A DNA stretch of 62,717 nucleotides, counting the filler, from Bonamia ostreae (Eukaryota), in NCBI GenBank assembly GCA_040357525.1. It is 11 parts of 11 records of this genome, joined end to end, with 100 filler letters (N's around TTAATTAATTAA, not from the genome) between each part and the next. Parts side by side here need not be neighbours in the genome. Positions count along the whole stretch, not along the records: positions 45,821 to 51,392 come from JBDODL010000179.1; positions 51,493 to 57,062 come from JBDODL010000180.1; positions 57,163 to 62,717 come from JBDODL010000181.1; 8 more parts are not named here. One strand, written 5' to 3'. The position numbers were made by a program, and so were the translations under genes. The notes under the pieces were generated by a model. That model was not told the origin of the DNA and did no database searches. It saw only the letters and a list, made by a program, of their open reading frames with translations. Within the stretch, counting starts at the first letter, position 1. Each line of letters starts with the position of its first letter. Positions 48,119-59,340 of this stretch are shown here, one piece after another.

Positions 48119-50194
48119 TTAATTAAAAAAATCTAATATTTTAGCTTTCCGTTTTACAGCTTTGGTGCAACCTTCTTTATAAAAATAATCGATTGCTTTA
48201 GTTTTGAGTGCAATTTTTTTTGCGGGTCTTTCTAAAAATGAGAACCGCTTTCTTTTCTTTTTAATGGCGATTTTAAGTGGTTTTAAGATTCGTCTCGAAT
48301 CTATTTTTTTGATTCTCTCAATTAATATTTGTTCATTCATATTATTCCCGCCAATGTTTTCAGAAAAATCGGTGAATTTTAAAATGTCCGGACTAATTTC
48401 GGATTTTATCGCAAAATTGTCTATCCGGAAATTGCAAAAATTTTTTATTTGATAAAATTTCTCATTAGAAATGTCTAAATTTTGAAAATTCAAACTTTTG
48501 GAAATAACCAAATCGGCTAAAGTTGGAATATAGAACATCGCGCAATTTTTGTCACTCGTTGTTAACAGATTTTTAATTTGTTCTAGAACTAATAAAAGTC
48601 GATTTTTTGGTTTTTTCTTTGGAATAAAAAGACGAAAATTTGATTTACCGTTAAATTTCTATAATTTTAAAAATTTGAAAAATAAAAATTGCAAAACAAT
48701 AAATTTTAACAATAACAAAATTGAAATTAATTGACATTGTTAATCTTGGCACTCAACAAAGCCAAAGACTCATTTGAAAAGATTTTATCAATTTCTGAGA
48801 TATCCATTGACGCTGAAGCCATCTAAAATTTGCAAATAAAACAAACTTTGCTGAGATAACTTGAACTAAAATTCAAATAATTGTTAAAAATACAGTCCGC
48901 CACAAAAAGCTTTTTTTCTTGAAAATTTGCCGATAACCGAAAAAAGTGTTTATAGAAAGACTCGTTTTCAACATTTTTTGTCTTGAAAACTTTATTTAAA
49001 TAATCGATCAGATTCAATTTGCTGTCCAAATTTCCGATATTCAGCTTTTTAAAAGTGTCGACGGTTGCCAAAATTCTCCCCTCGTTTGCGCGGTGATCGG
49101 CCAAGAATTGCAGAGTGTTTAAGCAAAACCGAATGTCCGCCATTTCCCCGAATTGTTTTGCCAAAATCGGATCCAAATCGATTTTTTCTGTTCGGCAAAT
49201 TCTCTGAAGTCGGTCCAAGATCGTTTGTGCTTCGATAGGCGGAAATTCAACAATATTACAAAAATCGTGAAGACGTATTAGCGGTTTCGTGTATCTGTGA
49301 ACATAAGAATGTCAAACAAATCGTTGCAGATGCAAATGACGGGAACTTTAATTTGTTTAAACCATTCGCTTCTGAAAATATCGACCAATTTCTTAAATTA
49401 AGAAAAAGAACTTTAAGCTCAAAAGTGTTTCTTCCGATTCCGTCGATTTCGTCAATTACTAAAATACTTTTGGTTTTCAAAATGTTCTCGGAAAAGTTGA
49501 TCGACTCGTTTTGTGTTACAGTGGATATCAATTTCCGCAGATCTGTGGCTGATCGTTGGTCACTATTTTTATCCGTGTAACGGAAAACCTCGCGTTGACT
49601 TCTATCGGTGAGTAGCCGCAATGTCTGGCGATTACGTGGGCACAAGTCGTTTTGCCGCTTCCAGGCGGGCCATGTAACAACAACAATTTTTTGGGAGTCA
49701 AATTTTTGGGGTTTGCAAAATTAATTAATTTTTGGTTAAATGGCTTTTCTATAATTGGATTTTGTTTGTTTTTTAACCATTCTAAAACTTTTCGGTTCGA
49801 TATCTTAATGATTATTGAAAATTATTTTCTTAACGGAAATATTTTTTGGAATAAAATTAGTCTTAATGGGGGTGAATTGGTCTTAAAATTAATCTTTTTA
49901 TTTTGTAACTTCATTGCTAACCAAATCAAAATATTTTTCAGGTCTATAAATTGTTGTAAAGGGAGATCTCTTTTTTGGAACGAGATTTCTTTTTTCAGTA
50001 AAAAGGCTCTCTTTTTGTAATGTCAGAACGTTGTGATTCGAAATCTCTGACATCAACTTCCGGATTTTAATATTTGAGCTTTTTGTTTTTTTGGAAATTG
50101 CGTTTTTGTTGATGCGCTTATAAAGTTCATCTTCTGAAAAACAACGCAATTTGGTTTTTCCTGCATCGGAAGTAGTTACGTTAATTAACGACAT
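48119..50194 (-). CDS. CTF18: Chromosome transmission fidelity protein 18 (RFC-like AAA+), multi-exon
   Basis: [59 protein letters not shown] and C-terminal [13 protein letters not shown]. Confidence 0.87.
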
Positions 50195-50307
50195 AACCGA
50201 TTTGGATAAAACAAATAATTTTAGACAAATATTTTAAGCTCACCGGAAAACTAAAAAAACAGTAATTATATGTAAGCACATAATAATCGCAAATTAAAAC
50301 AAACCTA

Positions 50308-50919
50308 ATGGCAATCGTCCAAAACATCGACCAAAAATTTGGCAGAATAACCTTAACAGCAAACGAAATCCAAAAACTCGGTCGCAAAATGCGCAACCGC
50401 CTTTCGGCCCAGAAATCCCGCGAAAAGAAAAAACAATACATCACAGAACTAGAATCCAAAATAAGACATTTGAGCCAAGAAAACATTAAATTGAAACGAA
50501 AATTGCAAAATTCTCAAAATTTGGTCGAAACCAAAAACGCGAAAATCAACCTTCTCGAAAGCGAAAACAAGCTCTTGAGCAAAGATTTGCAACATATCAA
50601 CCAAAAAATCGACATTTCGAAAGACAAAATTTTTGTAAAATTTGAAGAATCCGAGTTCCGAGTCACAGAAGAGGGGTCTAACCAAAAGTCAGCAGCACTT
50701 CTGGAAAAACTATCCCCGCAGTTGGATTGTCCCCTTCTCTTGATTTTGACAATGATCCTTTTTTTCAATGTTACTACGCAAACCGTTCCCAATTTTAAAA
50801 TTTAGTCCATGAAAAGGACCAAAGTGACGGAAACGCAAAATGTCAACCAGACGACTTTTCCCTTTTACTACGACCATACGCGACCAAAGAAAAAACCAGG
50901 TGGGACGAATAAATTATAA
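50308..50919 (+). CDS. bZIP transcription factor, XBP1/HAC1/bZIP60-like
   Basis: RKMRNRLSAQKSREKKKQYITELE zipper; QKSAALL motif followed by a hydrophobic segment; two IRE1-type stem-loops; 21-nt spliceosomal intron 50785-50805. Confidence 0.85.
50686..50727 (+). promoter_or_regulatory. Paired IRE1 cleavage stem-loops delimiting a 26-nt unconventional intron (50693-50718)
   Basis: AAGT-CAG^CAGC-ACTT and ATCC-CCG^CAGTT-GGAT; both loops fit CNG^CAG. Confidence 0.8.
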
Positions 50920-50957
50920 TTTTCCATTTTGTAAATTGTATGTAATAAATATCCGAA

Positions 50958-51380
50958 ATGGAGAAGCTAAGAACGGTCAGATCAGAAAAAGAATTGGAAG
51001 AATTGATAAACTCGTCTCGGAAACTCGTCGTCGTTTATTTGATGGCGCCGTGGTGTTTGCCGTGTATAAAAATATCGAACAAAATTGGCCAACTCGATTC
51101 ATTTCGCGGCGACATTGATTTGGTGCGCATAAATATAGACGATTACGACAGATATAATGGCTGCAAGATTTTGCCAATTTTTTTGATATTCAAAAACAAA
51201 AAGAAGATTAGGTCGTTTTACGGGTCTAATATCGAGAAGGTAAAACTTATTCTTGGCGAATACACTAGTTCTGATTTTTTTTTGTTTTTCAAGTTTGATT
51301 TTGACGTTTTTTTTAAATTTATAATTTGCATTTTTTCAAATTTTGTTTTTGTGATTTTATTTACATTTGTTTTGTTTTAA
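50958..51380 (+). CDS. Thioredoxin-like protein (3' end uncertain)
   Basis: LVVVYLMAPWCLPC active site; ILPIFLIFKN. Confidence 0.8.
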   Translation: MEKLRTVRSEKELEELINSSRKLVVVYLMAPWCLPCIKISNKIGQLDSFRGDIDLVRINIDDYDRYNGCKILPIFLIFKNKKKIRSFYGSNIEKVKLILGEYTSSDFFLFFKFDFDVFFKFIICIFSNFVFVILFTFVLF

Positions 51381-51492
51381 AGAGGAGTTAATNNNNNNNN
51401 NNNNNNNNNNNNNNNNNNNNNNNNNNNNNNNNNNNNTTAATTAATTAANNNNNNNNNNNNNNNNNNNNNNNNNNNNNNNNNNNNNNNNNNNN

Positions 51493-52530
51493 CTTCGACC
51501 CGTAAAGCTTCCGGATGTTGTTCCTTTCGACGATGCTCAGGTCGACCTCGCCTTCTTCGGCCAAAACGACGTGGCCGTTGGAGCCGACGCTTTCCACGAA
51601 CCGCTCGAGCTTGGCGATGATGCGCTCGTTCAGGGCGATCAGCACGTCCAGTTCATACCGGTCGTCCTCAAAGAGCAGCATCCGCTCCTCGTACTCGTTG
51701 CGGTTGTTCGTGTGGAAGAGGTTGCCCTCTTTGTTGTAGGGCACCGAGACCAGCGAGTTGTTGAGCACTCGGCCGTTGCCGCAAACGGAGCTGCGGGTGG
51801 TCATCGCGGGCGCACCGGCGTCTTCTTCCGCGATTCTGAGGTAGCTCGGAGTCGCCCGCTTTCGCTCCGAGCGCCGCGTCTCGCCGATGCGGCTGATCAG
51901 CGTCCGGCTCTCGCCTTTGTTGTCTGGACAATGTTTTGGAAACCTATTGCTTCCATGAACTGCGCGAAGCACTCGCTCGTCCCCGGGCGCGCCAGGTCGG
52001 CGACTAGCTGCATCAGCTCCTTGTAGCCGACTATCCCGTTGCTGTAGAGGTTGAGCGCGCGGAGGAACAGTTTGTAGGTGTGGCGAGGGACGGTGTCTTT
52101 TATCTCCTTGATCACCCGGAACTTGTAGTTGATGGAGTCGTTCTCCTCCGCTTGCAGCATCTGCCGCTTGATAGTGTCCAAGTCCGACCCGCTTTCGCCT
52201 TGTCCGTCGGGGAGGAAGAAGAGGAACTCCTTGGCGATGGGAAGGGAAACCTTGACCAGGTCTTTGCGGCCCCTGAGCAGCTCGATGATGCTCTGGCGCG
52301 TGTCTCTGATGATGCGCAGGATGTTCTCCTCGGAGTCGTCGTGTTTGTAGATGGCTTGTTGTTTTATCTGGAAGTCGTTGAGGATTTTCTGGAATCGCAT
52401 GTAGTCGGTCGGGTGTTTCCGGAAGCGCTCTTTTATCTTCGTGAGGAAGTACACCGCTTGCGTGTACTCGACGTACGACGGCGAGTTGCTTATGCTGTTC
52501 TATAATGGCTTTAAGTGAATTTACCTCCAT
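51493..52530 (-). CDS. SIN3: Sin3 co-repressor (PAH and HDAC-interacting domains), 3' truncated
   Basis: AVYFLTKIKERF..P..Y..F.KIL..FQ, ATPSY, VLNNSLVSVP and RNEYEE.M...EDDRYELDV; 20-25 nt introns. Confidence 0.9.
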
Positions 52531-52878
52531 AATTTAAAATTTAGTTTAGATTCGCTATATGGCTTGTTCCTATTGAGTCTGTCGGTTTCTTCATCAGCAT
52601 CTCAATTTAAAGCACCGCCACAAGATTTTGCTTTCGGCCAAATCATATAATCGAGATTTGGTCGTGTGCGACTTTGATCCGTACTAGAATACTGCGCATC
52701 GCCTTCTCGTGTGAGCCCAAAACCCCTTTCTAGAATTGAGAAACTTAACTCTAATCATGACATATAGTACATCAAAACTCATTTTTCCCAAAGCTCCATA
52801 AATATAGTACATCAATTATCATATTGAATTGTAAAGTTTAGTGCATTTATAGACTATAATTTAATAGACTATCATTTT

Positions 52879-53048
52879 GAGCGAGCGCCGATGGAAATAA
52901 TTTATAATTTATGCAGATATTTATGGAGTGAGCGACAAAGGAAATAATTTATAATTTATACAGACCATATTTATTGAGTGAGCGCCAAAGGAAATAATTT
53001 ATAATTTATGCCGACCATATTTATGGAGTGAGCGCCAAAGGAAATTAC
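52879..53048. repeat. Tandem ~50-nt repeat, about 3.4 copies
   Basis: gagtgagcgccaaaggaaataatttataatttatg..gaccatatttatg units, lying between divergent genes. Confidence 0.85.
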
Positions 53049-53162
53049 TTCAGAAAGGCGCGGAAACAGACCCAATAAATGTTAATTTAAAATTCTTATA
53101 ATTCAACTTTTAAGCTCTAAAGCTCACTTTAATTAGATAAACTTATATAATTTAGAAACAAA

Positions 53163-53902
53163 ATGGCTGCGTTTCACTTTTTAAACCACCTTATCGTTTT
53201 CTATTTGGTGATCCAATTCACACACAGTTTATTCAAAATGAGGAGCTCAGAAATCTTGTTATTCGAATTTCGCAATATGATTTTCTACTCTTTTGCCATT
53301 CTTTTAAAAGGATTTGTTACTGCATCCTTTATCGACCCCATTTCTCTGCCCTACATGTTCGTTGTGAAAGTTTTGCAATTAAATCGATAGGACTTTATAG
53401 TGCATGTCCTCAACTTTCTAAATTATTTCGCAGTCAAATCGATTTTAAAAAGATCGGAATATCTTGGTGCGCCGGACAAAAAATTGCGAATCTTGGCCAC
53501 GTCGACCTCTATTTTTCTAACCGAATACCTTGTTTACCATCTGTTGGATGTTTATGTGATCGCAATCAAGACCGAGTTCAAAGTCGAAGCGCTTTACTTA
53601 AACGCAGCGGGAATTTTGCGATACGTTTAATTTTATTATGATAGATTTTGTCAATCTTAAAAGTTTACGTGGTGTGGGAGCACTTGTATTCTCGGCGTAG
53701 AAATAGCACCACTTATAACAGTTTGATCACGTTGTCTTTGGTGCTATATTTCGGCGACACTTTGTTTTACAGGTTTTAATCCAATATAGAAGGATCTTTG
53801 AGTTGGTTTCTAGCGTAGAAATGCACCAGTTTGTTATGAGAACTGTATACACGGTATCAACAGGGATACTGTGTTTCTTGCTCGACTATGTTTACAAATA
53901 AA
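53163..53902 (+). CDS. TMEM147-like multi-pass membrane protein, multi-exon
   Basis: Start MAAFHFLN, K.RILA and EF motifs, and TM spacing resemble TMEM147. Confidence 0.5.
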
Positions 53903-54290
53903 TATTTTGCGATTTAATTGTTTATTACATTTTATATCTAGTTATTGACTATCATAATGAAGGATCCAATTTTTTTACGAAATTGTTCCATTTCTCATTT
54001 CTCTAGTTACAAATAGTTCGTTTTTAGTTTCTGTCCTTTAATCCCAAAATTATTCTAGTTGATGTGAGTATGTTTTGTTATTCAATAAGGATTTAATCAA
54101 ATTGATTGAATCCATATTTTATATTTGGATTTAATCATATTTTCCTCCCACTTTCTATTTCAGCGGATATGTGGTTTCGAAAATATATCCTTTTAGCATT
54201 TTAACCATTTCTAGATGAGATTTATTGGAAGATGTTATTACGCGAGCATTTTAGGTGACTAAATTAAAACTACACAAAAATTGTAATATC

Positions 54291-56636
54291 ATGATCACAG
54301 AAAATTTGGCTGAATTTGTCGGGTTCAATCCTGTTCCAAATTGCTTAGATTGCAATAACGACACGGTCGTTTATGCTGCCAAAAACAATATTGTTGTTTG
54401 TTATATCAATAGCGATGTCGCCAAAAAAATTCAAATATTCAATGTGAGTGATTCTGAAATTTCGACTGTTAAAATAATAAGCAAACAGCGTGTTTCAGAA
54501 GAAACCGTGAATATTGTTACCGGCAATAAAGCCGGACAAGTTAAATTTTTCTCAAAATCATCGAATTCGAATAAAATCGATTTTCAACGTCAATTAGCAA
54601 AAACTGGCGATCCCGTAGTAGACGTGATTTACATACATTCCCCAAATCACAGTTCTGGAGACTTTCTAATCGTTGCACACGAGAAATCTGTTGTTGTTTA
54701 CAAAAACAATGTTTTCTCGCATCAAAACTAAGTTGCTAATCCAAGAGATACAAAATGAAGGAGTGCTGAACTTTGCCGTGACTTGCCATTCGAAGAAGAC
54801 TCTGTTTTTAGCAATGGCTGGAGTAGATTCGAAAATTCACGTCTTCTCGGCGAACGTTTTCAGCGAGAAAACTGTTTTTAGTGTCATCAAAAGTTCCAGC
54901 ACAGGTTAAGCTTCGAAGGACACAGCGACTGGATTAAATCCATCAAATTCGTTGAAAAAGATTTTAGCGAGAACGTTTTTCTTGCTTCAGCTGGACAAGA
55001 CTCGAAAGTGATCGTCTGGCGTTTAAGTCTAGGGCTTCCAGAAAAGAACACTTTGGAGTACTTCAAAGTTTCCAAACTGTCTTTTTCAGTCGGAGAAAGC
55101 AATTTTTGCTTTGAGAAGAAGTCTGTGCTCAGAGGTCACACTTCGAACGTAACTTCTGTGGATTGGATCCCCTCTTCGCTTGGCGAAGAGACGGAATCTT
55201 TGCTGACTTCTTCGATGGACGGAACAGCGCGGATTTGGGAATTAGAAGATGCTGCTTCAAAGGATATCGAGACACATCAAAACTTTAATTGGAGTGAGGC
55301 GTTCTGCTGCAAGGAGACCCGCGGGAAAGGCGGCGGATTTCTAGCTGCAGTATTTTCCGGGAACAAACTTATAGCTGCTTCAAAATCAGGCGCCCTTCAC
55401 GTCTGGGCGAGAGACATCAACAATTTGTTTAAAGAAGTGCCTTTTCCGACCGGTCACAACGACGCGATAGAATCCGTGGCTTGGGACAGAAAAAGCGGCT
55501 TCCTTTACAGCTGCGGCAGCGACAAAACAGCGCGAGTGTTCGCATACAAAAAAGCGACAAGTGAAAAGAGTGTTTGCCGGAGCAGCGAATGGAGAGAAAT
55601 ATCGCGGCCCCAACTACACGGACACAAAATTTTGTCCATTCGCCCGCTTTCCTTTCCGCCTTTCAGCTACATTTCGGCGGCGGAAGAAACGTGTCTGCGG
55701 ATATTCACAGCAACGAAAAAATTTGCAGAGCTCTTTCCAAACGAAGCGGACGGTTTTTATGACGAACGTGTCGATTTTGCTGGAAACTCAGAACTGAATC
55801 TGTGCAACAAACCAGAGGAAAATCGCAGCATTGCAGCCAACAACGCAAAATTCTGCGAAAGCGATTTGTGGGAAAACAGCCAATGGCAAGAAAAGCAGAA
55901 ACTGTTCGTTCGCCGAGAAAACGCGACAGCCACATCTGTTTTCGGCAACGAAATAGCTGTTGTTGGAGAACGAAGCGGCCTTTCCAAACAAAACGAAATA
56001 GAATTTTGGACTAGAAATACCAAGGAGATGTTTTTGTACGAGAAAAGTAAGCGTTCCTGTGCTGCGGGCATTCTCGGAATAACATCCATCCAACATTCTC
56101 CAGACGGGCTCCATTTACTCGTGACAGGGCGGAACAGAAATTTTACAATTTTTAAAAGTTTGATTTCTTATTTGATGAAAGGAACCACTGAAAATTGTTT
56201 CGATAAAGTTTGTGAAGAAAAGAATGCACATAGAAGAAGTTTGTCTTGTTGCGTTTGGTTAGACGAAAAAACCTTTGCCACTGGTTCACTAGACAGAAGA
56301 GTCAAAATCTGGGAATTGGATTGTGAATCTTATGTTCCGAAGAAAAAAGCGAAAATCTCTTTAAGTTTTGGCGTTGAAAGCGTTGCGTTTTCCAAAAACG
56401 TTGAATCCATTTTGGTTGGCCTTTTAAACGGCGATGTCGTTATTATCAAAAAAATCGGTGATAATTTTGCAAATTCTGAAGATGGCGGGAAATTTAGCTT
56501 GAAAGAATATTTTGGGAAGGACTTAAATGGCGCGATATTGACTATTGACGTGATCGATTTTACAGACAAAAAAAACTGTTTATGCGCCACTGGATCGAGA
56601 GATGGAGTACTTAGAATATTTAAACTTTCTGTTTAA
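54291..56636 (+). CDS. ELP2: Elongator complex subunit 2 (WD40)
   Basis: FEGHSDWIKSI, LASAGQD, LLTSSMD, DKTARVFA...WREISRPQLHGH, SAAEE..LRIF and AHRR. Confidence 0.88.
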
Positions 56637-57162
56637 TTTTTTTTTAATTTTGGACTCACTAAAATTGAGCCGAGTCAGGGAGGGAAAGCTCATGACTCTA
56701 CTGATGAACCATTATAATATTTATTATAATATTTTCAGTTTTTGAAGGACAAAATTGAAATATTTATTTAACATTTCAAATATTGAAAATTAATTTGAGT
56801 TGATCTTCATCAAACTTAAATTAGTATGTTATATCTCCACATTTCAAATTAATAAACGTTAATAAAGCAGTTTATTGTTTAAAATGGAAAATATAAAAAA
56901 TATAAATTCCTAAATCATTAATAATCAGTATTTAAATTCCTAAATCTGGTTGTCTTTTTATTGAAATTAAAAAATTGATTTCAATTACTTAAAATTTTGG
57001 AATTAAAAAATTGATTTTTTCAATTAATTAAAATTTTGGAATTAATAAATTGATTTTTTCAANNNNNNNNNNNNNNNNNNNNNNNNNNNNNNNNNNNNNN
57101 NNNNNNTTAATTAATTAANNNNNNNNNNNNNNNNNNNNNNNNNNNNNNNNNNNNNNNNNNNN

Positions 57163-57233
57163 CAAATATTTTACTTTTGGAAATGCAAGTTGATCCTTTC
57201 GATCAACTTGCATTTCCAAAAGTAAAATATTTG
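57163..57233. repeat. Perfect 33-bp inverted repeat with a 5-nt loop at the contig start
   Basis: 57163-57195 is the reverse complement of 57201-57233. Confidence 0.9.
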
Positions 57234-57328
57234 TTACGTAATTAATATTTCAATTTGGAAAATTTGCAAATAAAATTGATTTTCCAAAATTTTGAAAATT
57301 CAAATTTTCAACGATTTTTATTAATTAG

Positions 57329-58444
57329 TCAAAAAGCGATTATCATTGGGTTGAAACAGAACTTTACCACAAAAAAAGAAGAAAAGAAATTTTAAGTGCT
57401 CAGTTTTAAATAAAAAATAATCAAATAAATAGCCCTGAAATCGTTGATCTTTATGGAACGGATATTGTTACATTTCCTCTGGTTGTTTCAATATGCTTGG
57501 CTCAAATATATCTGTCCGTTTGGATTGCAGACAAATCTTTTTGGTTGTTTCTGATTTGTGGATATTCTATTGGAGGAACCCTTGTTTTATAATTGATGCT
57601 TACTGATTTTTAAAAATAATTTCCGATCTGTTTAAAGACGCACTGGCTGCAAACATCGTCACATGAACTTTCCCACAATCTTTGTTTCGAACAAAGCTGG
57701 GCAAACAAATTGCTGGCCATTTTTGCCAACTTTGCAACTGGAATCCCCTCTTCGATCTCTTTCCAACGATATCACGCTGAACATCACGCTTATCACGGAG
57801 TGCACAAATTGGATCCAGATATCCCCTCAATGGCCGAAATTCGTTTGTTCCGAACGCCCTTGTTTAAAGTTTTTTGGGTGTTTTTGTTGCCGCTTTTTTA
57901 TGCTTTGAGACCTTGCATCCAAAGACCCAAAAGACCAAACTTTTGGGAAATTTTTAATATTGCTGTTGTTTTCGCTTTTAACTATTTTTTGGTGCACTTT
58001 TTTGGATTTAAGAGCCTGATTTTTCTTGTTTATAGCACTTTAATGGGAATGGGTCTCCATCCAGTTGGTTTTAAATTTTATTGTTACAAATATTATGTTT
58101 GTTACAACACTTTCTAGATTTTATGTTTGTTATAATTTATTTCGTTCCTAAAAGCCGGGAACTTGATAGCAGAGCACTACGAATTTGTGTTGAATACAGA
58201 AACATATTCTTATTATGGCATTTTGAATTTTGTAAATTTTAATGTTGGTTATCACAATGAGCACCACGATTTCCCGTGCATTCCGTGGACTCGGTTGCCG
58301 AAGGTTAATTCGATCGCGAGGGAGTTTTATAAAGATTTGCCTTGTTACAGTTCCTATTTGAAGGTGTTCTATTATTATATAATGAGCTCAGAAATGGGTC
58401 CTTTTTCGAGAATAACAAGGGATCAAAGTGTGTTGAAAAAGTAA
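57329..58444 (+). CDS. DEGS1: Sphingolipid delta-4 desaturase, multi-exon, 5' end unresolved
   Basis: HKKRRKEIL..|PEI, His boxes HELSHN, RYHAEHH and NVGYHNEHHDFP, plus ETYSYYG. Confidence 0.93.
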
Positions 58445-58538
58445 ATGGTGTCTGTTTGTAAATCACGAGATCCGTTCGTTTTATTATTAATGTTAAATTG
58501 AAATTTAATAAAAATGGTTTCAAACTCGATAAGTTTTA

Positions 58539-59158
58539 TTACGACATTCTTATCAATTTCCGATGAACATTTTTAAGGGAGTGACATTTGAACAGTTGTT
58601 CTTTTTTGGTCTTTTGATGAATCTACCGTTTATTCTTGGCCTTGAAATCGCAAAACATTTTCGTCTGTGATATTTTGTCTTTTTAAAATTTGATTGTGTA
58701 CACGGAAACATAATTTAAATTTTCTTATCTGCGAAAACGGAAACCTCTCTTTTCGGCCCCAAAATAAAGTCAATTTTTTTGCGTTTCCATTTTATAATTT
58801 TTTGAATTCGTTCGTTTAGATTGTAAACGTAAACTTTTTGTTCTTTTCTACTTTTTTTGCCTTTTTGAGCCATTTCATCGCCAATTGTATTCATATACAA
58901 AATGTTATCACAATTGTCTTTTTCATTGTTATTAATAATGTGATCTAAGTTTAAATCTATGTCCTCTGTCCCATCAAAAAACATTTTGGAATTTTGGCAA
59001 AAATCTTTGTACATATCACAAGGGAAATCTCTGTCTAAACATTTATCCAAAATATTCATATTATCTTTTCCCAAATTATCGTCGCTTAAAAGAGATGAAA
59101 AGTCGAAGAAACTTCCGTTGTTGGTGAAATCTCTTTTTTTGCTTTCTATATTGTCCAT
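58539..59158 (-). CDS. CCT-domain protein, 2 exons
   Basis: ERIQKIIKWKRKK...|TKYHRRKCFAISRPRINGRFIK matches the CCT consensus (RK..A..RPR.KGRF.K). Confidence 0.75.
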
Positions 59159-59340
59159 TTTATAAATATTTTTTGTGGTTGTGATTCTTTAGAATTATTA
59201 ATATTTCAGTTCAAAAAATCTATTAGTTGAAATTTCAAGTTAACAAATATTTTATGCCCAATTAATTTTTCAAATAACAAAAATTTTTCAAATTAAATTT
59301 TTACGAAAAAGCCAAATTTTAATAAATCCGATTCAACTTA

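Noticed and set aside
51493-52530. GC-rich SIN3 (and PRP3) as contamination or horizontal transfer
   Set aside because: SIN3 carries the same tiny GT(T)-AG introns, and both genes are contiguous with typical AT-rich sequence.
52879-53048. Repeat arrays here and at 42736 and 61414 as CRISPR-like arrays
   Set aside because: They are head-to-tail tandem units with no unique spacers and no cas genes, in a eukaryotic context.
56665-56712. GAAA and CTGATGA near a hairpin as a hammerhead ribozyme
   Set aside because: The required stems and cleavage triplet cannot be formed.
5666-57162. Regularly spaced TTAATTAATTAA motif, and gene neighbourhoods across it (e.g. an apparent cluster of splicing genes)
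   Set aside because: It is an artificial linker between length-sorted contigs, so adjacency across linkers has no biological meaning.
57163-57233. Perfect 33-bp hairpin as a possible telomere or element end
   Set aside because: It sits exactly at a contig edge and is most simply a fold-back amplification or assembly chimera.
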